Below the pieces are notes generated by a model. The model had not been told where the DNA came from, did not search any database, and worked only from the letters and a program-made list of their open reading frames with translations. DNA of 37,544 nt from Nemertoderma westbladi (Eukaryota > Animalia > Xenacoelomorpha): contig JAUCBJ010001199.1 of NCBI GenBank assembly GCA_032718475.1, forward strand, positions 1-37,544, read 5' to 3'. Shown here one piece after another: positions 1 to 10,181 of the stretch (positions within the stretch are counted from its first letter, which is position 1; each line of letters starts with the position of its first letter). Made by a program: the position numbers and the translations under genes.

Positions 1-785
1 CCTCACAATCTGGCCTCCCTGGTGACCCAGGGTTTGGGCCAGAAAGGAAATCAGTAAAGGGACTCACAAAATTGTTGGCAGCAGTCATCCCACTCCATAC
101 CACATCCCCAAAAAAATAGCAGGTGAATGAATGGTCATCAATTATTGTCAAACTTTCACTAATAATTCGATTATGTTTGCATAAAAAACAGACATTAAGA
201 AAATTTGGTTAGTATAATTATAAGTAGCTCAATGATGGTTCATTCACGTAAAATTCCTGAAGAGATTGATCACTTTAAAATTGCCATCCCTACCCAGCTG
301 CAATACGCTGGACAACAAGGTAGATGAGATAAATGATATAAAATTGAGATAAATTATTATATAGAAACAAAATGTTCCAGAACTATATATGTGTATTTAT
401 TGAATAGAATAATTTAATTATCACAACTACATTTAAAAATAAATGTATATAATTGTGTCTTATCTTATATCTTATATTGTGTCTTACCTTATATAATCTT
501 AATTATTCTACTTAATTAATTTGTGATCATTTGTGCTTCGCCTGATTTTATAATTTAGAAATGGAATAATAAATTGATATTAATCGCTATATAATTGTGT
601 TAATTCTAATCATACCACAAACAGCTTTCAAATAAAAAAACTATTTAGGTAGAAGAATAACTGCAAATGTAACTTGGGGCAATATAAATATCACATTAAA
701 AATCCTGACACGACCAAATGTATCTCATTAAGATTTGTAAAAGAAAATTATAGGGATGAGAGGGTTTCCGAAAGAATTACTTTTC

Positions 786-2023
786 AGTAGCAGTTAGAAA
801 CATGAATTAATATAATATAATAGTAATAATAATCATAAAATATTTAGTTAATTTCTTCAAACTTACTTCTATATAAATTGAAGTGATAAAGTTTGTCCTT
901 CTTTATGATGGATGTTGTTATATGGAACCTGGCAGGTTCTACCTGCTCCGTAGCTGCATCTATTACAGCAGACTGAGCCCATCCAGATATCACCCTACCA
1001 CCGCGATATCTTTTCAGTTCGTTACGGATGTGATTCCGTGCCTAATCATTAGTGACGGATTGATTGTGTCTGAGGCTATAAATAATTATTTATACACTAA
1101 ATAACTAAATAATTTGGTACTAGGATGTAGGTGTCAAGGATCTGAAGGTGCGAATAAGCAGACTAATGGAAATAATCACGTTACTGTGGCAGGTTATTAC
1201 AACCAAAACAATTAAATAAGTCAATATCAGGGGTTTCAGTTTATATGTATATTAATGACAAAAGATGAAACAAAGCTCTTAATAGCGTGGTAAAAGTCAG
1301 CACTTCTACAAAATACCCTATATTTCGGGCACAAAACTTACAGTGTAATAAAATGCGTTAACTAACATAACATAAGGCTTCATTATAGGTATCTGTAAAC
1401 ACTGATATGGGATTTGCGTCCAGTTTCTCACCCTCTCCATATCTCGACGAGATACTAAAATATATGCCCGAGACCGATCTGATTGTGTGTATATTTACTT
1501 TGGAGTTAATGTTAATCTTTATTTGATATATACTGTATACCAAATCTGTTACTTGAAGTACATCTTTAGGGAAGAATAACATCGGAAATTCAGTGTTCGA
1601 AAACATGTGTGAACAAACATAACCTACGCATATTGTTAACATTGTTCATGCATTATTTTTTTACTAGCTATTATTGATTGTCCTAACTTCATAATTATTA
1701 CATAAATATAAATTTAAAACAAAAGATAAATGCAAATTAAATCTAAAATAACCTGTTAAAAACCAAAAATAATTTTGCTAATGATGGGAAACTAATTCGA
1801 GTCTCATGGGGTTAGTGAATTTTTTAATCATTTTTGAATAGATAGATAGATAGAGAATACACCCATCTGATAATGAAAATCATACAAAAAAAATTGAGAA
1901 TATGAATACCAAATCATTTTCCATAGCATTAATATGAAACACGTAATCTAATTTTTACATCATGATTTCACATCTGTCAATTCCAGTCATAAAGTCGACA
2001 TGAAAAGTTACGTTTGCCTTTGG
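786..2023. repeat. 1.24-kb direct repeat, copy 1 (copy 2 at 36284-37514)
   Basis: Near-identical from AGTAGCAGTTAGAAAC to ACGTTTGCCTTTGG. Similarity ends at 2023, where the virus/LINE chimera begins. Confidence 0.97.
867..1075 (-). pseudogene. Putative 209-nt coding exon of an unknown gene, disabled copy
   Basis: Minus strand has an AT-rich TTTATAG acceptor and an AGAA|GTAAGT donor. The frame is open in copy 2 but has GAG>TAG at 1042-1044 here. Confidence 0.4.
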
Positions 2024-2244
2024 TTAAGATTAAGAAACCTAAGACACCTCCCGTACACCGGGATCATTGATGATCATGACGTACAGGTATCCTCCACCTC
2101 CCCCCTCTATATATGGGATCTGTCGATTTACGGAGATGGGTATATGTAAGTAGTGGATATATTAAGTATAAGGCAATAAAAGTAGATTTAATTAAAGTTT
2201 CAACTACAACAATAACTGCATAGAGAGATTATTAGGTTACATGT

Positions 2245-3291
2245 TCACTTGTGGTGATACTCACGAGCAAAAGCCATGACACGTTCGGCGACCTCCTCCC
2301 CCTCGACATTAGCACCAGCCATTGCCGCGCCCGCATACCTTATTTTGTCCTTAGCAGCTGTCAACCATGATCGAGCTCCAATAGAGAGTCGATCGTTCTT
2401 CCCCCCACGGTATCTCTCTTGAGACTCACTAGATCCTAAGGACCTGCATATGGTGAGTAACTGGGGGTACATGGAAGATCGGACCAGGTTAGAGTGATCC
2501 GCCATATACCCGATGTAGGGGCCATGCTGAATTAAGGCCCGGCAGGTCTTTTCTATGCCGGAAAACTCTGCGGGAAGGAGAGTCGCCAGCTAGGCCCAGT
2601 CTAGTATGCCGAGCTCGCTCATTGCAGAACAGATGATGCCGAAAGATGCCAGCCCTTTATACTGCATCTGTTCAATCACGTTTTGTATCGCGGGGCTCTC
2701 CGGCTCGGTCATAATAGTTAACCTGTTCATAAGATCTCCCAGGTTGTCTGATATATGAGCCCCACAGATATGGGAGAACTCAGCTATATCACTAGGGGAT
2801 ATGGTGATTCGAACCCCGGATGCATTGCACGCCTCGATGAATTTGGCACATCGAGCCTCTGTTATTGAGCCGCGAGACGCCACACAGATACAGGCGGCTA
2901 GACCAACCCTTCTTGCGATCCTGTGAGCAACATCTGGCTCAGCTAGCCTGCCCACCCTTAACACCGCGGTACCTTAAACACCTGGATCAATGACCCCGAA
3001 GGGATCCGGAATTCCTGTAGCCTGATCAACCTGAGCGTCAGTCAGCTGAACAGCCGCCGTAGTGTTTATGGCACCGTTTATCGTGAGAACTATGTTAACA
3101 TATCCCGTTAGCGCCATTTGCACACCTCAGCTTCTAGTGAGGTTCGACAATGAGATCCGGGTAAAGATCCGAGGGATGGTGTTGTCGCGTTCTTGGATCT
3201 TCAGCTCGGTGATCCTATGTCCTTCCCCAGGGTTACCAAGGAAGTCTCTAGGGTCGAAGTTATCTATCGGCGTTTGGCCAGTTTCAGCCAT
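2245..3291 (-). pseudogene. Endogenous viral element: nucleoprotein (N) gene of a negative-strand RNA virus, Chuviridae/Jingchuvirales-like
   Basis: The tail of ORF 3127-3576 and ORFs 2590-2964 and 2245-2505 share one frame: ATG at 3291 to TGA at 2245, 348 codons, three internal stops (3127-3129, 2974-2976, 2590-2592), no frameshift. The segment EQMQYKGLASFGIICSAMSELGILDWA*LATLLPAEF...GPYIGY...LVRSSMYPQL...ERYRG follows the chuvirus N pattern as I recall it (Q..GL...I.A....W..L.P.E...YYGF..VRST.Y..L...RYxG). GC is clearly higher than in the flanks. Confidence 0.8.
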
Positions 3292-6200
3292 TTTTTGTAT
3301 TACTTTGGTGATGTGGTCATTCCAGTTGAGCTTGTTGTTGATTGTGATACCTAAGTATTTTACAGATTTACTTTGACTGATTTCAGTTCCGTCATTTACT
3401 TTCAGTTTGATAAAATCTATGTCGTCTATATTGGAGTTATTAGGAGAAAGAAGCATGAATTCTGTTTTGTCTGGATTTAGTTTTAGTTTGTTCTGCTGAT
3501 ATATCTGTGATATGTTTCTTAAGTTGGTATGTAGGTTATTGCGAGCCGTTAGTGGGTTAGTGGAAGAGGTGTACAAGACGCAGTCATCCGCATAAAATAC
3601 CAGTTTGCAGTCGCTCGATATATGTCTCGGGAAATTGTTCGTGTATAAACTGAAGAGAAGGGGCCCGAGACAGGTCCCTTCTCTTCCTTCCCTGAGGAAC
3701 CCTTCTCTTCTCAGTAGCCCATGGTGAAAGATATGTATCGATTTTAGTTTTTTGTTTCCTGTTTGTTAAATAGCTTAGAATTAGTTTAATCGCTGTTGAG
3801 TGAAATCCCATATTTGATAATTTTGCTAGTAATAGATCATGATCAATTGAATTGAACGCCTTACTTAGGTCTAAGAAAGCGGCTGCAATGTATTTCTTGC
3901 TATCTAGCTGATTTCTCCACTGTTCAGTTAGAAAAACGATGGCATGTTGGGTGGAATAGCCAGCTCTGAATCCGAACTGTCGCAGGAACAGTAATTTATT
4001 TTGTTTTAGAAATATTTGAGTTTGAATTGAGATTAGTTTTTCAAATATTTTGGCTAAAGGGTGTACAATGGAAATAGGGCGGTAATTGGTCGCATCGGTT
4101 TCATCGCCCTTTTTATAGACCAGGGTTACAACTGCAAGTTTAAATCGATCTGGAAATACTGATTGTGTAAAACAGCTGTTAAAAATGTGTGTTAATGGCT
4201 TACAAACTTTTGGAGATATCAACTTAATTATTTTTATTTGAGTTTCCGAAGGGCCGCTTGATTTATTGCTATTTAATTTATTTAGAATGCTATATTCATA
4301 TACGCTAGTATATGAAAAGTTACCGTTATGTATAATTTGATGTGTTGTAATATTATTTGTAGATTTCAGTTCGTCAAATTTACCGAGATCAATGAATATT
4401 TCGTTAAAAATTTTTGCCATTGCTGGCTTGTCAGAAACAAATTGTCTATTATGTTTTATTTCGTTAATCTCACCAGATTTGTATTTCCCAAGAATGGTGT
4501 TAATAAGTTTCCAACGGGTCCTTGTGTCAGTTGAATTTAAGTACTTTTGTTTTACATACTGATTTTTTAGATATTTATTCATATTATTAAACTTATTACG
4601 TCCTAATTTATATTGGTTAAAGTGTTGCTCCGTTTTAGAGGACCGCCAGTCGACTAATTTTTCGTATTTGGTCCGCCTGAGTGATTCAAGTTCCGTATTT
4701 TCCCAAGCTGATTTATTGCAGGATTTACTAGAAATATCTCTCGCTAACTTACGGCGCAATGGCGCAATGGCTTTGTGTAAAGCATCTTCTATCGATGATT
4801 CAAAATATCGCAGTTTATCATTAACGTTATTCATGTGGTAAATGTGACACCAAGAGATTGCACTAATGGCCGTTAACAATGCGTTCTCATTGAAATCCGT
4901 AAAGTCTCGGTAAGTAACCCATTTAGCGGTATGTTGTTTACTACCGTGAGATGCGATTGACTTATTTAAGGTCAACACTGTATACTCGTGGTCTGAATAG
5001 TCACATGGAAATATTTTACAGTCAAGGATGTCGTTGTCAACTAAGTCAGTGATTACTAGATCTAGTAAGGTTCCGGACGTTTTCGTATATCGAGTGGGTT
5101 CAGTATCATTCAGTAAGCGTAGGTTATAAGGATGTCTAGTGTGGATTGTAAGTCTTTTGACTTTGGTGTGTTTCGGTTTAACATATTGATGTTAAAATCG
5201 CCCTGTAAAATAATAGAGCTTGATGGTTCCATTAAAATGGCCGTCTCAATTTCCTCAGTGAATTCTTCTATAAATTTAATGTTTGAGCTTGGTGGATTGT
5301 AGACTGTACAAATTAAGATTGATCCAATTTGTATCCACATTGTTTCTAATTTGTTATTTAATTTCAGGTCGGATCGCAAACGGCCGGGATATCCTTTTTC
5401 TGGAACGTAGACTAGTACGCCCCCTCCCTTTCTATTGCGCCTGTCCCGCCAAAATATTTTATATCCCGGGATTGCTATACAACGATTGTGGTGGTATTTT
5501 TTTAACCATGTTTCGGTCACTGAGATTATTGTATTTTTATAATTTTTTACGAGATCTTTAAGGTCATCAATATGTTTAACTATGAATTTAGTATTATTGA
5601 TATTGTTGTTTATGATATAGTCAGAGAGATCTGCATCGTTGGGTTTGGATGGGCGGAACTTAGATTTGTACTTAAGGTTTGATTTGTTGAATAGTTTGGT
5701 TGTAGGATTGTTGTTGTCTTTTCCATGGCCTCTATTTCGAGGACCTGGGTTTGGGTGAATGTTACCAGACTTTGCCAATAAGGAATTTATTGTTATTGCC
5801 AAAATCAAGATAACATCGAGAATTGAGCTCCGATAAACATTAAATGAAAATTTGATACAATGAAAAATAAGTAAAATGATATCTTTTTGTTTTTTGATGC
5901 TTCTAAACGAGGGCCCATCCATAATTAAAGGTTTATTATTTTGAAGTTGTGATATTAAAGTTATGGAGACCAAGCAATGTACGGCAAGCAGATTTATCAA
6001 AAGTATAAAAATTGCATTTCGGTACTCAAGTGGATTAAAAAATTTACGTGAAATATGAGCAGCGTGGCTGGAAGCCCTTGCTCTAGAGGTACGATAAAAT
6101 AGTGAAACGAGAAAAAATATCGTTGAAAAGAGAAAAGAAACTGATAATTGAAAATATATTACGTATCGTGATGAACGCATATTTGTGCCGAGGAAGTGTT

Positions 6201-6738
6201 GTGGCAGCAAAATGGAAATTAGCCATAACATTATAATCAAGGACCGTATTGCACGTCTTGCGATAACTGTTGCACAGATAATGTTACTAGACCTTTTTGC
6301 TCTGTTGTTTAAAAAAACGGTATTTGATATTTTATAGATTAATATCAGCAATGACAAACGCGTAGCTATAGCAAGACATGCGATTGCCAACACGGTCGTA
6401 TACGATTTATAGGTCTTAAATGACTTAAATGTATCACAAAATATTAAATATATTGCATTAAAAACTTGTTCTGCAATACGTAGACAATCGCAAAGAAATT
6501 GTAAAATATTGTTGTGGAAATTTGACATGGCAAGGCTGTGATTGGATAGCTCAAGTGACGGTACCAAATTAATAGTGTATGAATGTGAAGATAGTTCAAT
6601 ACCTCTATTTGTCCACGTATTGCCTGTTGTGATCATTAGTGATAGTTTATATGTACTTGACAAAGTAGCAATAATACAAAATACGGTTAGTAAGAAAAGA
6701 GACCCTATTACTATCATGTTTTTATTTAAAATGTTCAT
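3292..6738 (-). pseudogene. LINE ORF2: hydrophobic leader + 2A-like motif + apurinic endonuclease + reverse transcriptase, two frameshifts
   Basis: APE motifs VTETWL, RDR..KGGGV, VYNPP, GDFN, PTR, LDLV, SDH. RT motifs NYRPIS, QFGFR, DLSKAF, VPQG, FYADD (3583-3594), KYLG, WNDHI. Frameshifts near 5130 and near 3690 (short local duplication). Confidence 0.92.
5740..5781 (-). other. 2A-like (StopGo) motif LLAKSGNIHPNPGP
   Basis: Lies just before the APE domain, where 2A-like peptides occur in APE-type LINEs. It deviates from the D(V/I)ExNPGP consensus, so activity is uncertain. Confidence 0.75.
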
Positions 6739-7043
6739 GAAAAAAGAAAAAAAAATTGAAATGGTTTTACTTATCAATATTATTCTGAGTTAGGCTCAGA
6801 TAAATAAAATATTTCATATTGTGAAAGTAGGATAAAATTAGACAATGTGTATACTGACTTGGCAGTATACTTGGCAGTAAAAACTGACTGTTAACAATAA
6901 TATATATAGTCAATGTTGTGATTATCATAAAAGCTTAAATAATTGCATTTATATACCTTTTTATAGGGTTAACTATGTATGAGATATCTTGAATTATAGA
7001 TTATGTTACGATAGGTTTGGCGAATACGTTTGTTGCATTGTGT

Positions 7044-7841
7044 TTAGGCGCGCTGCTGATTTACAGCTTGCGTTACCATGCGACCAATTATACCTGCGAG
7101 CTCTACACCGAGATTACCTTCAGAGCTAGCTGAAGGGCTTGCGGTACTAGCTGGAATACTTCTAACAAAGCGTTGCTGTCGACTGGGATGTATATAATAT
7201 GGTTGCTGTGCCGATCTCTCAGGCTGAGAATGGTAACCGGTGCTTCTGTATCCGGATGTAGGATATAAAGAGCGAGGTGGGGGATGTCTGTTCTGATAGC
7301 GGGGGTTGGCGGCAACGGATCGAGATGTTCCGCTGTACCCAAAACCGCTGGTTCCTGATCCTGGGTCTCTAATGATAGGTTTACGTTGTACTACCTCCGA
7401 GAACTTTACAGGGTTGGGAGAGTGTAAGGCTTTTTGGATAGCTTCTGTTAATAACTGCTGACCGTGACGTGAAAGATGTATTCCATCTCGTCCAAAGGCC
7501 TGCTTCAACACAGTTTTATTAACTGTGAACGCCGGCCACGTTGGGAGGAAGATTATTTCGAGTTCGCTACACACTTCCCGGATGATGCAATTACGTTGCA
7601 TGATTGGACCCAAGCTCGCTGCATGTGTGACCGGGGGTATTTCACATATATAGGTATTCGTCGGGGAGAACACTTCTATGCAGGATGTCACCGTTTGCAC
7701 CAGATTATCTTTAAAAGTCGGTAGAGGGACCTTTAGATCATTCGTACCTATTCCTAGGATGCAGGAAGTTAGGGTTTCTTTTTCATACCGATTGATAAGT
7801 TGTGGCGCATCGCTGTAAGATAACCAAGGATACGAATGCAC
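7044..7841 (-). CDS. LINE ORF1 C-terminal part, SGNH/GDSL esterase-like domain with low-complexity tail
   Basis: Motifs LGIGTNDL and RDGIHLS (GxND, DxxH), directly upstream of ORF2 on the same strand. Confidence 0.85.
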   Translation of the reverse strand: MHSYPWLSYSDAPQLINRYEKETLTSCILGIGTNDLKVPLPTFKDNLVQTVTSCIEVFSPTNTYICEIPPVTHAASLGPIMQRNCIIREVCSELEIIFLPTWPAFTVNKTVLKQAFGRDGIHLSRHGQQLLTEAIQKALHSPNPVKFSEVVQRKPIIRDPGSGTSGFGYSGTSRSVAANPRYQNRHPPPRSLYPTSGYRSTGYHSQPERSAQQPYYIHPSRQQRFVRSIPASTASPSASSEGNLGVELAGIIGRMVTQAVNQQRA

Positions 7842-7967
7842 CTGCGTCGATTGATCTATTATAGCTAGCGAGCTATATTTATTTATTTTGACTTTAACTC
7901 AGGAGTGTGAACGCGGCCTGAGGCTATTATTTTTATATTTAATAAATAAACCATATTCTAGAACATG

Positions 7968-8051
7968 ATGTAAGAACGTAACCACGTAGAGACGTAAGAC
8001 CATGTAAGAACGTAACCACGTAGAGACGTAAGACCACGTAAGAACGTAGAG
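7968..8051. repeat. 34-bp tandem repeat, about 2.5 copies, built from ACGTA sub-units
   Basis: ATGTAAGAACGTAACCACGTAGAGACGTAAGACC twice plus a partial copy. Confidence 0.9.
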
Positions 8052-8199
8052 GGTTCAGATTCATTTAGCAGAAACACTTATTACTGTGAACAATTCGTAT
8101 CTGGGAATTTAAATTCGTAACTGGGAACTGAAATTTGGATTTGTAAACCTGATGAGCATTCGCAGCGTATGGTAATTTCTTTACGTATTTCGTATGAAC

Positions 8200-8546
8200 T
8201 ACAGTCACAGACACCGACTTCGCGGATGACATCGCCCTGCTCTCTAATACGCTAGCAGATGCACAGCTTCTACTAAATAAAGTGGAGAGGGCTGGAAAGG
8301 AGGTTGGATTGCATATAAATGCTACCAAGACCAAATTCATAACTTTTACTGTTGATGGAAACTTGACAACCATTGATAATAATCAACTAAGGAAGGTTGA
8401 CAACTTCCAGTACCTAGGATCATTGATAGAGAGTAGCAAAAAGGACATAGAAGTTAGGAAAGCAAAGGCTTGGGTAGCTCTATCAAAAATGGATACCATC
8501 TGGAAATCAGATCTCTCCAGGCACCTGAAGACTAAGTTCTTTCGTG
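8200..8546 (+). pseudogene. RTE-clade reverse transcriptase fragment
   Basis: Translates VTDTDFADDIALLS...VGLHINATKTK...FQYLGS...KAKAWVAL...KFFR, colinear with the RTE at 23592-26400. Confidence 0.9.
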
Positions 8547-8719
8547 TAAGTGCTTTTATCTAACTACATGCTATTATCGTCCATATTAATTAATATCGAA
8601 AGACAACAGGAACTTTCACTGTTTTCCCGAACGGCCTCGGCCAAAGCTAGTAGCACGATCCCAACAGAATGGTGACACGTACATTTCTAACTCGGTCGTG
8701 ATCTCCGATCCCGTCACAG

Positions 8720-9188
8720 ATAATATTTTCAATCGATTCAGCGGTCCAGAAAAAAAATGCGTTGAAATCAACAGAGTGGGCTTTTTCCGAATATCGTATT
8801 TTTCAAAATTTGAAGTGCCACGCCCACTTCTTAGGTGCATGAAAAATAGCATCCAGTTCAATTTTCGGAAATGGAATATAATCACATTCGATTCAGCATA
8901 GTGAAAAACCTACTAATGCTAGCCAACAATGCCACACTATCAGTTTTTAGAATATCAAAAAAATTTAAATTTTGTCCTGGGACTACTTCTATTTTTCATG
9001 AAAATTATTATACCCACCTTATGAAATTTTCATTTTTTTGGATTTGAAAATGTTCTTCGAAAATTTTATCACCTCAGCCCAAATTTCGTAGGATTTTATT
9101 GGATGATTACCAAAATACAGTGGAGGGGGCCGAATCGACCCCCCGCCAGTGCTGCTAATGGTCTAAACACCCCTGGTAATAGGGTTAA
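8720..9188. mobile_element. End of a non-autonomous DNA transposon (TTAA-type, piggyBac-like terminus)
   Basis: About 8740-9120 matches about 33010-33385 (GAAGTGCCACGCCCACTTCTTAGGTGCA...). A GC hairpin GGGGGCCGAATCGACCCCC precedes the terminal AGGG|TTAA. The other end was not found. Confidence 0.55.
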
Positions 9189-10181
9189 GGTGAGTACAAA
9201 TGGTCTTCAGCAGCACCTTCTTTACATCTGTTCTCTTTGAAACTAATACCACTTCATCCACTTTTATTGGCCAAACTTTCCAAACTGTAGAGCCAGTGGT
9301 AATGTAAGCATCATTTTTGCATTTAGAGTTTAGTTCCTTTCCAATTGAACACAAAAACAAACTCTCCCACGAACTAGAAGAATCATTGTTTATATATGGT
9401 TGGTTATATATAAAGTCTGCCCCTCTGCTATTTGTAAGGGGGCACACTTGGTACCAACACATAGTTGGGTATTTTAATGCCCAGTGGTTACGTCTCAGCG
9501 CGTCAGAAATTAATCTTACTGATAGATCACTGGTATACCAATGCAAGAATGATCCCATGAACGCAGAGGGGGGCGATTACATATTGGAAGGAATCCATCA
9601 AATGCTGAAGCATTTGCACCCCCATGGTGTACCTGGGAATATGGAGAAGTGGGAGGAACTCTATGGTCTAGTTTCTGTGGCAGAATAATTGAGGGTGCTG
9701 TGCAAATCCCTGCCATGTACCTGACACAGAAGACTAAAAAATATATTAAAGTCGACAATTCTCTCCGAAGAAAGATGGTCGAATTGGTGTAGAAGTGGCA
9801 GATAATTGTTTCTCCTTCACCCTTGTGCCAGGCAGAAATGATATACCCAGTGGGTATGCCAATGTCCTATAGATGTTATTACCCATTGCCAAGTAGTGAT
9901 GAGATGATTAGACTGGTTGCAACTAATAGGCAATAGTTAGTATGCCAATGATTTATGATGCAGCAGCCAGGTTCCGTGCTGAAGCTACAAAGCAGAACAT
10001 GGAATTGGTTGGGGTACGTGGGGATGGAAACAGTTATAGATATTGTTATATTGTGACACAGAAGCACAGGTACTCTCACCAGATGGTGAAACTGGGTTTT
10101 CTCAATCCTGGATGGCGTACTGCAAGGTGATACATTAGCACCATTACTATTTGTAATTGTACTGGATTACGCAATGAGGAT

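Larger units (their letters stand above)
3292..7860 (-). mobile_element. L2/CR1-group non-LTR retrotransposon, 5'-truncated, with its 3' part replaced by viral N
   Basis: Esterase-type ORF1, then ORF2 with APE and RT. The normal post-RT C-terminus is absent. Confidence 0.9.

Noticed and set aside
883-1104. Plus-strand 73-aa ORF and its twin at 36382-36594
   Set aside because: GTG start and no motif; the opposite strand has splice signals and a more protein-like frame.
7968-8051. CRISPR-like repeat
   Set aside because: Head-to-tail repeats without unique spacers, eukaryotic context, no cas genes.
8149-8206. CTGATGAG as a second hammerhead
   Set aside because: No stem II followed by GAAA.
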